From Histomonas meleagridis 2922-C6/04-290x (lineage: Eukaryota > Protista > Parabasalia), in contig JAANOX010000004.1 of NCBI GenBank assembly GCA_020184695.1, positions 1-64,000 of the forward strand: DNA of 64,000 nt, in the 5' to 3' direction. Under the pieces are notes generated by a model, which saw only the letters and a program-made list of their open reading frames with translations, had not been told where the DNA came from and ran no database searches. Below, one piece after another: positions 12,208-25,005 of this stretch. Positions within the stretch are counted from its first letter, which is position 1; the number at the start of each line of letters is the position of its first letter. A program made the position numbers and the translations under genes.

Positions 12208-14073
12208 TTTTTACAAATATGATGGCCAAATATTTATTGAAAAAGTTGATTTCGTTTATTATTTCATCGACAATCATGTTTAACATGAAATCAACATATT
12301 TTGTAATTTGAATATCAAATTCATTGTTTATCAAGGTTTACAGTTTGATATTATAGAAATTTATTGTATTTCACAATAAGAAAAATGTTTCATCATATTT
12401 TATTGTTTTTATAAGTTTAGCATATCATAATATAGAATATTATTGATGTTAAATAAAAATAATAATTTAATGTTGTTTAATAAGGAAATATAACATATGG
12501 TTTATTGATATTCAATAAAAAATTTATAATTTATGAATCACAAAATTATATGTGTTAGTTAATGTTTTAGAATTAAGTTCAGGAAAAATTATTGTTAAAA
12601 AAGATATAATTAACAAAATCATTGTAATTCAATGCTTGTTAATGTCATATAAAGATATTCATCAAAATTAATAAATGTTTAATAAATGAATGTTTAAAGA
12701 ACTAAATAATTAAAATTCATTGTTTGTTAATATATAATGTAGAAAACCATTATAAATCATTGTATATCAATGTTTAATGAAATAAATGATTATAAATCAT
12801 TGTTTATTAATATTTAATGAAATAAATGATTATAAATCATTGTATATTAATGTTTAATTAATGATAATCATGATAAATCATTGTATATTAATGTTTAATT
12901 AATGATAATCATTATAATTCATTATTTATCAATGATTGTAAATAATGTTATTCATAAATTATTGTAATTTAATGCTTATTAAAGAATATATTTTGTAGCT
13001 CATTGTTTGTCAATGCTTAATGTATATAATTATTCTTATTTATTGATTATTCATTTAAATTATTTTTGTTTTTACAATGTCATTTTTTTATTTGTTCAGA
13101 ATTTATTGTGGCAAAAAAATGTAAAGTATTGAAATTAAAATTGAATGAAATTATTTCTTCACAATTCCCACTTTTTTTGAACATGAATTCAATAATGCAT
13201 AATGGACATCAAAAAAACATTTGCTAATAACACAATATACATTTTGTATTTTTGGCAAAAAGAAAAAAGTAATATATTTTAATTTATGGAGAATTCGATT
13301 ATACTATTTATTTTATAAAATTTTTATGATTATTTTCAAAATCGTTTTTTTCCACGAATACTCATTATTATTTAATTCTATACTATTCATGAATAATCAT
13401 ATTGATATAGTTCTTACTATTGTTGAAATTATTCTATTTTGTTAAGCTTTATTTTTTCGAAATTTTTTTTATCCAAAATTTTGGAAAAATGAGACGGTTA
13501 TTTTACATCGAATTCAAAAAGTCGAAAATTGTGGGAATAACCGTCCAAAAGTGGGTATGTTTTGGGTATGCTACCCAGACTCTCTGTGAAACCGTTGATG
13601 ACCCAAGAAATCTTAATATGCTTCTTGATGCTGTAAATCTTAATGGAAGCCTTTTGCGTTCTTTAGCAAAAGATAGAAAAACTTCTGTTCAACCTTATTA
13701 TTATAAGAATACTTACAACGCGTCTGGTGTTAATACTCAAACAAGAGCATGGCACGGTAAGAATAATAGTAATTTCTTCATTGGATTACCGTTTGCAGAA
13801 GGTGAAGATTTTATGGGTGGAATATCAACCACTGGCACCGTGCAAGTTGAATTATTTGGAGATAGATTAGCTAATACAGCAATGAAGGATGTTGATTACA
13901 TCACATCAACAGGAATATACTTAGAAGATGCATTATTGAAAGTTAGAGCAATGAAACCTGACGGTAGAAATCAATTCGAAGTTACTAATGCATCAATCGA
14001 GCAGATAATTGCCGGAGGAGCAAGATAAAAATATTATTGATACGTTTAATGTATCATTTATTTTTGTCAGTTG

Positions 14074-14261
14074 AAAATTCAAAGGTTAACTTTAACCCAA
14101 AAGTTAACCTTTTCTTTAACCTTTCGACAACTGCAGCAAACATGCAATATACACGTCAAATCATCCAAAAAACGCTTATTTACTCCGATTCGTAAAGGGT
14201 TATAAAAAGGTTAAAATAAGGTTAAAGTTAATACTCGATAAATAGATGGTACTTTTTAACA
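14074..14261 (+). repeat. ~190-bp dispersed repeat, copy 1
   Basis: Homologous to 24829-25005 (inverted) and 27161-27346 (direct); shared blocks AACCTTTC, GCAAAC, CAAAAAA(C/T)GCT, CTCCG(A/T)TTCGT, TACTTTTTAA. Confidence 0.85.
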
Positions 14262-14329
14262 CTTAACGCCGAATATTTTTGGTAATTCATCCCTCAATCA
14301 GCAACTGTAATTTCGCAGTTGCCGGGATG

Positions 14330-14608
14330 TCATAAAAGTATGAATCTTCCTTTTGCTGTATTTGGTATTGGCTCGTAAATTCTAACATTTATTCCACAAT
14401 AGACATTAAATAATAATTCTAAACCGAAACGTTTCGCTTTCTTAAACATCTCTGGACGTACAGCAATGACATATTTATATATTACGCAATCATTAATGTA
14501 GAAATAAATATTTTCTATAAACGGTAATTGTTTTGTTGTTATCTTATTTGTAAGTTTTAGATGTTTGATGTAATCGAAAATATTTAAATAAATCAGAAAT
14601 TCTTCCAT
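14330..14608 (-). CDS. Small hypothetical protein inside the Maverick-like block
   Basis: 92-aa ATG-initiated ORF; no motif recognised. Confidence 0.4.
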   Translation of the reverse strand: MEEFLIYLNIFDYIKHLKLTNKITTKQLPFIENIYFYINDCVIYKYVIAVRPEMFKKAKRFGLELLFNVYCGINVRIYEPIPNTAKGRFILL

Positions 14609-14672
14609 TTAATAACAATAAAAATAATTTTTTATCACTTAAGAAATGTAAGTTCCTAAAAGTAGTGTTTTA

Positions 14673-15170
14673 TCTTGCAATCGAGAATTTCTTGCGAGAG
14701 TTGGAACAAATTTAAATTATTCGAAACAAAGTCAAAGCCAAAACGTTAATGTTGTAGTTAATCCTTATGAACGCGTCGCGGTTTATCCTGATGTTAATGC
14801 AACAGAAAATACTCCTGATGTCAAAGAACGAAGTGTTGAAACAGCTAATAATACATTAATTAATCTTGTACAAATAATTCATGACAAAGACTTATTAATC
14901 CAAGCGTTAGTGTTATGTTTAGATATAGTCAAAAATAATTCTCTGATAGTTAATAAATATGTCATAGCAAAGGAAGACGAGTTAGTAAAATTAATTCAAT
15001 TGTTATGTGATACTTAAGAAGTGGAGTTAGTTAAGGCAGACACCGACGCTGGATGCTGCAAAAGCTCAACGTTAGATTATGTATCAAAAATTTATGTCAA
15101 GATAGACGGCAATACTTACAATTTGAAGTATAATTACTCTGAAGTCTGCGAATTTTTGAGTGAAAAATAA
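14673..15170 (+). pseudogene. Hypothetical Maverick-block gene lacking ATG, with one in-frame stop
   Basis: Frame reads SCNREFLARVGTNLNYSKQSQSQNVNVVVNPYERVAVYP..LLCDT*EVELVKADTDAGCCKS..EFLSEK*; TAA at 15015-15017; absent from the ORF track. Confidence 0.6.
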
Positions 15171-15221
15171 AATAAGCACAAAATTTGTTAAAAGCACTGG
15201 AAAAATAAGTTATAAATATGT

Positions 15222-15791
15222 TCAGTCAAAACCGAAAATTTTTTTGAATTTTCCATAATAAATCGCGCCTCGTTCATTATTAATATCGCGTGCATAAACA
15301 AAAGCATAGTTGTGTTTATCATAACAAACGTTCAATTATATAAATTGCAAACCGTTCCAAATACAAAACGAATCTGTTTCGTCGTCATAATAATAATCCT
15401 CAAATGGATAATAATTATATTCTCTAACTTCCATTGAATCTTCATTTATCTCATCATGATATTCATAATATTTTCCGAGGTGTGATGATATATTATTTTG
15501 ATTTACAGACGCCGAAACCCATCAAAGATTATTAATGCGGAAATCTGTTCTGTCGTGATTAATGTGATTTATTTGTGTTTTATTTTCCGGGTCGTCGTTT
15601 TCTATAAACTGTTCTGCTATTATTCTATGTTTAAGATATTTTCTGCCGTTCAAGCGACATTGAACGTATCCGCCTCGTGTTTCATCGACATGTTCACTAA
15701 TGATTCTTTTATTTGATTTTCTTCTTATTTGAAAAGGAAATTTTGTAAAAATCTCGTAATCGCAATCGCAAACACAATTAATCCAACTCAT
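15222..15791 (-). pseudogene. HNH endonuclease
   Basis: HRIIAEQFIENDDPENKTQINHINHDRTDFRINNL*WVS (HNH signature; TGA where Arg is expected); frame continues with more stops to ~15222. Confidence 0.88.
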
Positions 15792-15881
15792 TCTATTTTA
15801 TACAAATTAAAATAATAAATTTTTTTAAAATTGAGCTTATTTTTTTATTTTGTCAAATCGACCGAAAAATAAGATTTATTT

Positions 15882-18202
15882 TTAGCTCATACTTATTAAT
15901 TTCTTTATCGGATTACTTGAATTTTCACAGTATTCTTTGATCTTCGGTGTGCAATGGTAATAATAACTTCCGTCTCTATTCTTACCGATAAAATTTTCAG
16001 GAGATTTAATATATATTTCTGTAAATATATGTTTTATCTTGAATTTTCCGGATTCATTACCAATAAATCCTTTATTATTCAATAACATATAATCTTCTTC
16101 TGATATTAACGCAGAATCACCCTTTGAATAATAGACGTTAACAAGATTCTTTATTAAATTCATTTTGTTATTAAAATTTTCTAAAACACTTTTCGCAAAT
16201 TGAGGATAAGTAAAATTTTCGACATAAGGATTCACTGTATCAACAAATCCTGAAATTCTGTCTGCGTTGTACGTGTACTTGAAAACATAAGGAACAAATT
16301 CATCAATATACTCATTAACGTTATTTACAAATTTATGTTTTATAACTTTTGGCTTATGTATTGAAAAACCAAAACATGAATTCATCATGAATTTAAGTGT
16401 TGTTGACAATTTATCTTTTCCGTTTAATTTTGCTTTCATTCTTGCCTCATATGATTTTTCTATTAACTCTTTAATCTTAGTGTTTTCTTCTTTAAAGCTT
16501 CCGTCGGTGTCTGGAAGTCCAGCAGAAATCGATTGAACACTTGACATATACGCTCCGCATTTGTCGATATAATAAAGTTTTTGTTTTAGATAAATCTTAC
16601 TCCAAATAATTTTTGGAAAATGAATTTCAGACCTTATTTTATCTGCAATCTCTCCGGAAAATGAATATACATTATCAAAACATCCAAATTCGAACATTAT
16701 CTTATGCATCAGCTTAGAAAATTTATAATAACTTGATACATTAATTTTTTTTCTTAATTTCAACGAATCAATAACTTCTTGAAGTTCTTTTAATCTCTCC
16801 GTAATATCATTTTTTTCAGGAGTGTATTCAAAGATACTTTTGGTTTGAGGCGTCTGCTGGAGCAGACTTGTCTGCGACTTAACTTTTTTAGAATAAATTA
16901 ATAAAGGTTTTTTATCAGCAACAAATATTGCTCCATTGAAGTCAAATGTTTTTTCGTTTGATTTTTTTGACTCCATGACAGCTTATTTATTGTTTGTTGA
17001 TTCATTGGAATTAAAAGTTTATGTTGTATCATTAAGTATATTGAACTTCTTATACCAAGTGATTTTATGAAAAAATAAAAATCTTTTGTCATCAAATTTT
17101 AATAACATCATTTCTCTGTTATGATTTTTAAATCTTGAATCAGCATTTATTTTTTCATAATTCTTTATATAACATTCCGATACATCAACTTTAGAATTTA
17201 GCATATAATGGTCTTATATAATTATTAGTTTTATTTCTCTGTTGTAATTCTCACCAAATATCTTGACACGCGTATGTTCGGTTTCTAGATAAAATATTTT
17301 GATATCAATTTTGATTTTAAATAAGTCAAAAATTCTTTTTAACTCACTTCTTGGAACCGTTCGCGTTTGAATAGAAGTCTTGAATTATTCTAATTCATCT
17401 TCTTTCAATACTTCCGAAGTAATAAATACTTGAATTAAACATGATTCATTTATATTAAACATGAATCATTAACATCTGTAAATATTCCAAATTTTCTTAA
17501 ATCACTATCTGACGTGTTGATATAAGGAAAGAATCCTGGATTTATTCTCTTTCCTTTTTTTAAATCTTTAAATTCAAAATGAATGGTTTCAATAAATAAC
17601 ATGTGTTCAAATACGACATCGTTTGTATCACCAATCACTCTTTCATTATTCAAGCCAGCACGTAAAAATTTAACGGTATTTTCATTTGCATATATATATT
17701 GTTCTCTTCCGTCTTCATCAATTAAAGTCATTCTAATATCTTTATTAATTTTAGGTCCTGCTGTTTCAATCGCATACATCAAAGCAGAAAGAAATATGTC
17801 GATGGTTGTATTATTTTCGAACGTGAAATCTGTTTGTTTCATTAAATTTTTAGTTATTTTATTTGTTAAATCAAATACTTCACGTTTAAAATTTTCCGAT
17901 TCATTTTTGAAAAATTCATATTTCTTTTTACTGAAACGTTCAAACGAATCTTTATTTTTTGGTTCATTATCACTTAATGGAAGATTCATTAAATTATTAA
18001 TTTCCTCTAGAATGTATTCTGCTCTTCCTCTTGATATTCTATATTTTAATTGATTAACATTTAATCTTATATAATTTTGATGTTGTTCGTCATAAACTTC
18101 AAGTGGAGTTGAAGTATTTCTATAAACAAAATTTTTCGATAAAGTGTATCCGTATTTTTCAAATAAATTTCTAACTTCTCTTTTGCTCAATCTTTTTGGC
18201 AT
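15882..18202 (-). pseudogene. Protein-primed family B DNA polymerase (Maverick type), fragmented
   Basis: Motif A YYIDKCGAY, motif B KFMMNSCFG, degenerate motif C YYSKGDS in 15882-16976. Upstream pieces (GFFPYIN..SCLI..DHYML) are broken by stops between ~16900 and 17450; likely start MPKRLSK at 18202. Confidence 0.8.
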
Positions 18203-18314
18203 TTTATCAAAAATAAAAAAATAATTTTTTTTTAAACTAAGTTTAATTTTTTTCATTAAACTTTGTTTCCGAATTTTAAGATTCGCAAGCAAAACTCCGC
18301 TTAGGCGGATTCTT

Positions 18315-19160
18315 TTATTTTTGTGGCATAAAGTGTATTATGAACATTTGTTATTTTCCACGTTTCTGTTTCTTCAAGCATTCCTTTTATCTCATCTTTC
18401 CGAATCATGCACTTCTTTACAGCTTTCCACATTTTAACGATTGACATGACAGGAATTCTGTCTCTATTCGGAAAATATTCTTCGACAAACGAATTGATAT
18501 CTTTCGATTCATCGACTTCTTCTTGAATTCTTTTAATTTCATCTTACAATCTTTCTTCCGCTTCTTTTCTTCTATCTTCTATATCTTCGATAAAATATTC
18601 ATATACTTTCATCATTTTTTCGCACTTTGCACACTTCAGTGAGTAATATTTTGCATTAAATTTATAAACTTCAGCCGAAAAATTCATTGAAGCTTCAATG
18701 ACTTTATCAACATCATACATTTCAATGTTAAATTCATTAAATTCTTCACCGCGTGAATCTTTGTTTTTTATTCGCCAGCAATACTCAGCTAATAATTTAT
18801 AAAAATCATCAATTATCTTTAATTCAGACCTTTTACGTAATTTTAAGGCGTCAGCATTATATGTTAATGATTTACTTTCAAGTATTGAGTGATTACAAGA
18901 AATGGTTCGTGTTTTTCTGTTAATTTTTCTAATTAACGCTTTTAATTCTGTTGAATCATATTTTTCAATCTCAATTTTTACAAAACTTTTTACCGAAACA
19001 TCAAGCGTTAATTCCGGAATAGTTACTGATGGAATACATTTTGCAAATTCTAAAATTTGCTCTAAATATTGTTGATTTCTTTATAATTTAACTTCAACGG
19101 CAAGCTGATGATTTAAAATTTTATTTTTATATTCTTTGATAGTATTAGCATAATCATTAA
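18315..19160 (-). pseudogene. Degraded hypothetical gene with a CxxC motif
   Basis: Manual translation fragments YSLKCAKCEKMMKVYEYF.., EYFPNRDRIPVMSIVKMWK.., WKITNVHNTLYAT interrupted by stops; edges approximate. Confidence 0.45.
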
Positions 19161-19364
19161 TTGAATCATCAATTTTATTTGTAATCTTTATATTATTTAA
19201 TTTAGTTAAGCATTAAGCAGATATTTGATTTTCGGAAACGAGTGTGTAACATAAATTTTTCATTGACATTTTATATAGAAATTAAAAAAATAAATTTTTT
19301 GAAAATTAGCATTATTTTTTTAAAGTTAATTTTTATTTTTTTTATTTTTTATTTAATATATAAA

Positions 19365-19670
19365 ATGGAACGATTGTTTGATATAAAGAAAATAAATGAA
19401 AACATTGAAGAAGAAATAGAAACTGCAAAAATTCATTCAAATGAATTTTATATTCATTCAATGACTACATATATTGTCGTAAATGATCTAATAGAAAAAT
19501 CACCGTTAGATATTCGTAAACAATATTCAGAAATTACTGAACCGAAGAATAAAAGAAGTAAAAAGAGTAAGAATATTATTGCAGAACAACATAAAAAAAT
19601 AAATGAAGTGTTAATTTATGTGAATGTATCATCAAAAAGAATTCATGAAATTATTGCCGGAATGGCATAA
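19365..19670 (+). CDS. Small hypothetical protein (101 aa)
   Basis: ATG at 19365 (MERLFDIKK..) within ORF 19242-19670; the upstream part is low-complexity T-rich DNA. Confidence 0.45.
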   Translation: MERLFDIKKINENIEEEIETAKIHSNEFYIHSMTTYIVVNDLIEKSPLDIRKQYSEITEPKNKRSKKSKNIIAEQHKKINEVLIYVNVSSKRIHEIIAGMA

Positions 19671-19684
19671 AATGCCTTGAGGCT

Positions 19685-22600
19685 CTAAGAGCTGAATACA
19701 GCTAACAGAGAATGAGATATAATTGCAGTGACTTTTCCAATAATCATATTATTTATTTTTGTTGTTAACGGTGTTTCATCATCTAGTATTGATTGGTCAT
19801 ATAGTACAGTATTACCAATATTATATTTTGATGAATCATTAACTTTAGAATAATAATCTCCGTGAGCTGCAAAATCAATTGTATCTTGATTAATCGATAT
19901 ATCTTGTTTAATGGTATCCTATTTGAAAAATTTCTTCAGCTGTATGTTTTGCGGTACAGATTCCAATAAATTCTTCATAAGTTCCGAAAGATTTAACACT
20001 GAGAATACAATTAGTAGAATCAGTAACTGGAGTATAATTATATGAATCATTTAATTTATATACGTTACCTGTAATAAATACAGGACAGCCAATATCAAAA
20101 TCATTTAATGTTAATGTTTCGTCTATCGGCGCATTATGCACAATAGTTTTATTAATCTGACCTCCACCACTACTTGATATAATAGCTTTTCTGTATGTAT
20201 CATCTGATATATGCCAAAATCCTAATTCATTTTCATATGATGCTATTCTCCAAGTATAAATACCTGGTGCTTCTGTTGAATTATTATGAAAAACGAAATC
20301 TAAAAAAATCTTCCTGTTTTTAATACAGAATTTTGATAAGGAACAATATCAGCAGGTTGATGAGTATGAGATGATGGAGTAAATGTTGATGGTTTATCAG
20401 TAATATCATTATAACTATGAGTATGTGTATTTAAAGAAAAATTATCAACAGGTATATCATTAATAGAAATACAATTTATATTACCATCAATTCCATTGAA
20501 ACTAATAACACCATCATTATTATCAAGTTTACCGAAATACATAACATTGCCGGCAGTTCTTATTCTTCAAGAATAATCACTATTTAAATCATTATTATCA
20601 TGAAAGTCAATATATTGTCCAACTTCCATTACACCATCTGATTTAATAGTCGCGATTGATGGAATATTTACTGTTGAATTAGAACCTCCACCAATACTCT
20701 TTGAAATATAATATCCGTTAATGGAATTTGCGACAAGACTACCATTAATAGCTAAATCATTATTAATTATTTCATGTGTATGATTTAACGAAGAGTATTT
20801 ATCATCATGATTATGTGTTGTTAATGAGTATTCATTATGAGTATGATTTAACGAAGAGTATTTATCATTATGATTATGTGTTGTTAATGAATATTCATTA
20901 TGTGTATGATTTAACGAAGAGTATTTATCATCATGATTATGTGTTGTTAAAGAATATCTATCGTCATGATTATGATATTTTAATGAGAATTCTTCAGGTA
21001 TTTTTTTCCATTAATTGTTTCACAATATAAATTACCATTAACATTTAAATCATTATCAATAGTATCATGAGTATGATTTTTTAATGAGAAATTACCAACA
21101 GAAATATTATTAATAGAAATACAATTTATATTACCATCAATAAATATATCACTATTTACAATAAGTTCACCATTAATAGTAATAGCATTATTAAATTCTG
21201 TATGATTATGATTTAATAAAGAATATTTATCATCATGATTATGTGTTGTTAATGAAATATTATTAGTATCAATTCCATTAATACTATTACAACTAATATT
21301 ACCGTTTCTAAATATACTTACATAATTGCCATCACAAACTTTGAATCTTAGACAAGTATCAATATTATCATCAGAACCTACGTAATGTTCTATTACGCTA
21401 CAATCATCTCCATTAGGCAATACACCTATTTCCATTCTAATAGAATTACCTGGCACTGCATTAGTTCGATAAATAAACAATCCTTTATAAATATTTGTAT
21501 CATCTGAATATTTACTACAATCAATATTGATATTACGACTTGCTGTCAATATTCTACATGAAATATCATTACCTACTAATAAATCTTGTTCAATCTTAGT
21601 CCAATCGCCATATTCATTATATGATATTCCTGTTAAAGCCTTATTTATATCAGTTGAATTATCATTAGTTAAATATTGATTGTGAGTATGATTTGTTAAA
21701 GAAAAGTTATTAGTATCAATACCATTAATAGTTGTACATTCTATATTACCATTTATTTTTAAATCTTGATTAATTGACGTGTAAATTTCATAAATATCTT
21801 CTTCCTCATTTGTTTGAACATAATCTTTATTAAAAGTGATACCTGTTAATTTATTGTTAATATTAAATATATCATTACTTATCACGGATAATTCATCTAA
21901 ATCAATACCATCAATAATAGAACATTCAATATTACCATTAACCTTTAAATCTTGATTAATTGACGTGTAGATTTCATATATTTCTTCCTCCTCTTCATTA
22001 GTTTCTAATAAATCTTTATGATAAGTTATTCCTGTATAATTATTTAAATCAGCAGCTATTAAATAATTATCATGTTTATGATTAACGAAACGTTTATATA
22101 TCTGACAATCGACTAATAAAAGACCTAATTCATTTGTTCTTTGACCTTTAGAGACGTCTTTATAATAATACTTCAAATTTTTAAATATAATATTCATTTC
22201 TGGGAATAGATTTATTAAATAATTATATTCATTAAATTCTTGGTCAATATCTTCAGCGTTTGGAACTTCTAAATCTTCCAACATTCCACCTGTCGATATA
22301 TCATATTCATCAAAAACTACTGATTTCAATGATGGTAACGGTAAATAACCTTTTGACTTCATAACATTAATCCCAAAACTATTATATACAAATCCTGCCC
22401 ACCCAAAATTTTTTATTTGACTTACAATTTGAGCTATAGTATATGCTGTATCAGCAGCTGTAAAAAATGTATCTATTATATCAAATATACTATCAACAAA
22501 ACTTTCTTTATATGTGGATTCACCGTCTTCTCCTGGAGGTCCCATTAAAATTTCTTGTATGTCTTCATCATCAATGATCATTTGTTTTTGTTAAATAGTA

Positions 22601-23812
22601 TTCTGTTTTTAATTCTCCATCATTATTAATTATACCATAAGTATGTCCGCTATCCTCTAACATGATACTATTACCATTAGGATAATTTATTAATAAATTA
22701 TTTTCAGTAATTCCTTCATCAGTAGTATTATCATAAGTTGATATACTGACTCCGTTTTCAAATGATATAACGTCTCCGGTAGATAAAATTCCGTCTCGAA
22801 CTAAAGCTATTTCTTCTGTGTTAATATCATTAATCGTACCATTAACTATAAGATCTTGATTTATTAAAGTATATTTTTCAGTAATATCTTCTTCTTCTTC
22901 TTCTTCATTAGTAATCGTTTCTTCATTATAATATATTCCGGTTAATTTATGATTAATACTTTCTAAGTTGGCATTAGTTAGATAATCACTATGAATATGA
23001 TTTAACGGAGAGTATTTGTCGTCGTGATTATGTGTGTTTAATGATATATCATTTGTAGAAATATTATTAATACTATTTACTGTTATATTACCGTTATTAT
23101 TAAAACTAATTGTACTTCCACCTTTTGCTTGAAAACTTAATGTATCGGTTATTGCTCTAATTCTCCACGTATTATCTTTATTATGATCATCTCTATAATG
23201 AAAATCAATATACTCACCGACTTCCATTACACCATCTGATTTAATAGTCGCGATTGATGGAATATTTACTGTTGAATTAGAACCTCCACCAATACTCTTT
23301 GAAATATAATATCCGTTAATGGAATTTGCGACAAGACTACCATTAATAGCTAAATCATTATTAATAATTTCATGTGTATGATTTTTTAATGCAAAATCAT
23401 CTGTTGAATAACCATTAATGGTATCAATAATTAAATTTGTAATTGAAACATTATTACTATCTTCATTGATTTTTACGAATTGTGGATATAAGTCTAAAAC
23501 TCTATTAATATTACCGAACATTTCAATTATATATGCATTTTTCATTATATCTTCTCCAGTAAGTATATCATCAACTTTAATATTATTATTGATATACTTT
23601 AAATTTTTTATACTATTATCTAACGGTGATATTACAACATGATTTCTTCCGTAAGTGAAAACAAATGATTTGTCATAACTATTTATCTGTAATGTACATA
23701 TACCATTTGATAATGTATCAGATGTTTTTGAATGATTACTGTATACAACACTGTTTTTATTCATTAATGCTCTAACTATATTTTCAATTTTTTCAAACTG
23801 TGAATTTGACAT
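19685..23812 (-). pseudogene. Phage tail-fibre-like protein (~1370 aa if repaired)
   Basis: ORFs 22571-23812, 20980-22581, 20300-20542, 19908-20141 and the intervening frames join into one reading with about 17 HxH motifs, two DGVMEVGxYIDFH modules and HTHSYNDITDKPSTFTPSSHTH. Breaks: homopolymer indels near 22587, 21001, 20305, 19925 and TGA at 20567-20569. Confidence 0.75.
20779..20950 (-). repeat. Three tandem 63-bp coding repeats in the fibre gene
   Basis: Starts at 20779, 20842 and 20905; encode LTTHNHDDKYSSLNHTHNEYS on the minus strand. Confidence 0.93.
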
Positions 23813-23828
23813 TTTTAATAAGATAAAA

Positions 23829-24647
23829 ATGTATAAAACTGAAAATCAATTTACAACAACTGCGTCTCAGTTACCGATTGAAGAAAATTATACAAATCTT
23901 GATTTAGATAAGTATGAAGTATTAAATCCTCAAAATGGTTATACTTTCCGTTATCCTCAACGTTGGTTAGTATCTCCATCGCAGAATAAAGCTATTGGAA
24001 TAAGAAGATTAGATATAACGCCGACCGCTCACGTTTTCTCATTACAGTTTGAAATAACTGAACCGGATAGTGTAAGTGGTTCTTCACCTAATCCACGTAT
24101 CATTAAAATTCAAGTTATGGCGCAAAATACTTTATTTGAAATTTTAACGTCAATTTGTAATAGTTTTAATAATGCATTCGCGAGTTATAGATTATCTTAT
24201 GAATACGAAGACTCAGGCAATTTATATTTTGCTTGTACTTATGTAGGCTCGGATGAAAGCCAATATCTTGTCACAAAATTTGCGATTGTTGATTCAGGAA
24301 GTACTACATCTAATTTAGAAAGTTTTTTGAAATTCTTAAATCAAGATGTAACGTCAGAAAGTATAAGTTACTTGTCAACTCAAACCGATGTAATGACTTT
24401 TAATAATGTATGGAATAGAGAGTATTTAGAATTTCACGCTTCATTTAGTGATTCAAAACGAAGATTCATTGGCATCGAAGGTGATTTTTATGAAAAACCT
24501 ACTGTATTATATAACGCGCCAACTGATGGCTCGACTTTTAACATTAGATTCACAACTAACGGTAAAAATAATATTTATCCGAAATATTGCAGGTTTATTA
24601 TTCAATTAGTATTTCTTTATAATTACAGAAAAACTGTTGTACTTTAA
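23829..24647 (+). CDS. Maverick-block structural protein candidate (minor capsid-like), intact 272 aa
   Basis: Intact ORF divergent from the fibre gene; beta-rich pattern (YPQRWL..NKAIGIRRL; FNIRFTTNG..FIIQLVF). Product inferred from context. Confidence 0.5.
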   Translation: MYKTENQFTTTASQLPIEENYTNLDLDKYEVLNPQNGYTFRYPQRWLVSPSQNKAIGIRRLDITPTAHVFSLQFEITEPDSVSGSSPNPRIIKIQVMAQNTLFEILTSICNSFNNAFASYRLSYEYEDSGNLYFACTYVGSDESQYLVTKFAIVDSGSTTSNLESFLKFLNQDVTSESISYLSTQTDVMTFNNVWNREYLEFHASFSDSKRRFIGIEGDFYEKPTVLYNAPTDGSTFNIRFTTNGKNNIYPKYCRFIIQLVFLYNYRKTVVL

Positions 24648-24828
24648 GAGTAAAGTGACCTTTTAATTTCTTCCGGGAGTTCTTTTTTATCTCCTTCCTC
24701 TTCGTTAAATACAACATATATTTTTATCATTGTATTTACGATTGAATTTAAAACGTAAATAATTCGAGTAACACACATCCAAACACCAATAAAAAACATT
24801 TCACATAAATTAAAATGTTAAAAAAGTA

Positions 24829-25005
24829 TGTTAAAAAGTACCATCAAAATTTTGAGGGTTAATTCTGATTTTTTTTTTAACCCTTTTTTTAATTCTCAAC
24901 GAAACGGAGTAAATGAGCATTTTTTGAATGATATGACGTGAAAATCAAGAGTTTGCAGCAGTTACTGAAAGGTCAACTTTTAGGTTAACTTTAACCCTTG
25001 AATTT
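24829..25005 (-). repeat. ~190-bp dispersed repeat, copy 2 (inverted)
   Basis: Reverse complement aligns with 14074-14261 and 27161-27346. Confidence 0.85.

Larger units (their letters stand above)
8025..13584. mobile_element. Mutator (MULE) DNA transposon, Foldback-like, 5560 bp
   Basis: TIRs begin GAGAGTCTGGGTAGCATACCC; about 0.8 kb long, first ~250 bp identical. Perfect 9-bp TSD TGTGAAACC at 8016-8024 and 13585-13593. Internal MULE transposase. Confidence 0.96.
6888..14028 (+). pseudogene. Probable Maverick major capsid protein, split by a MULE insertion
   Basis: Segments 6888-~7550, ~7551-8024 (A-run frameshift at 7548-7551) and 13594-14028 rejoin as ..YSFNIDGKIYLKEACET|VDDPRNLNMLLDAV..FFIGLPF..GGISTTGTVQVELFG.., about 520 aa. 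Beta-rich character and size fit a double jelly-roll; product is inferred. Confidence 0.65.

Noticed and set aside
18296-18309. TCCGC-TTAG-GCGGA hairpin upstream of polB
   Set aside because: 5-bp stem, single occurrence; too short to distinguish from chance.
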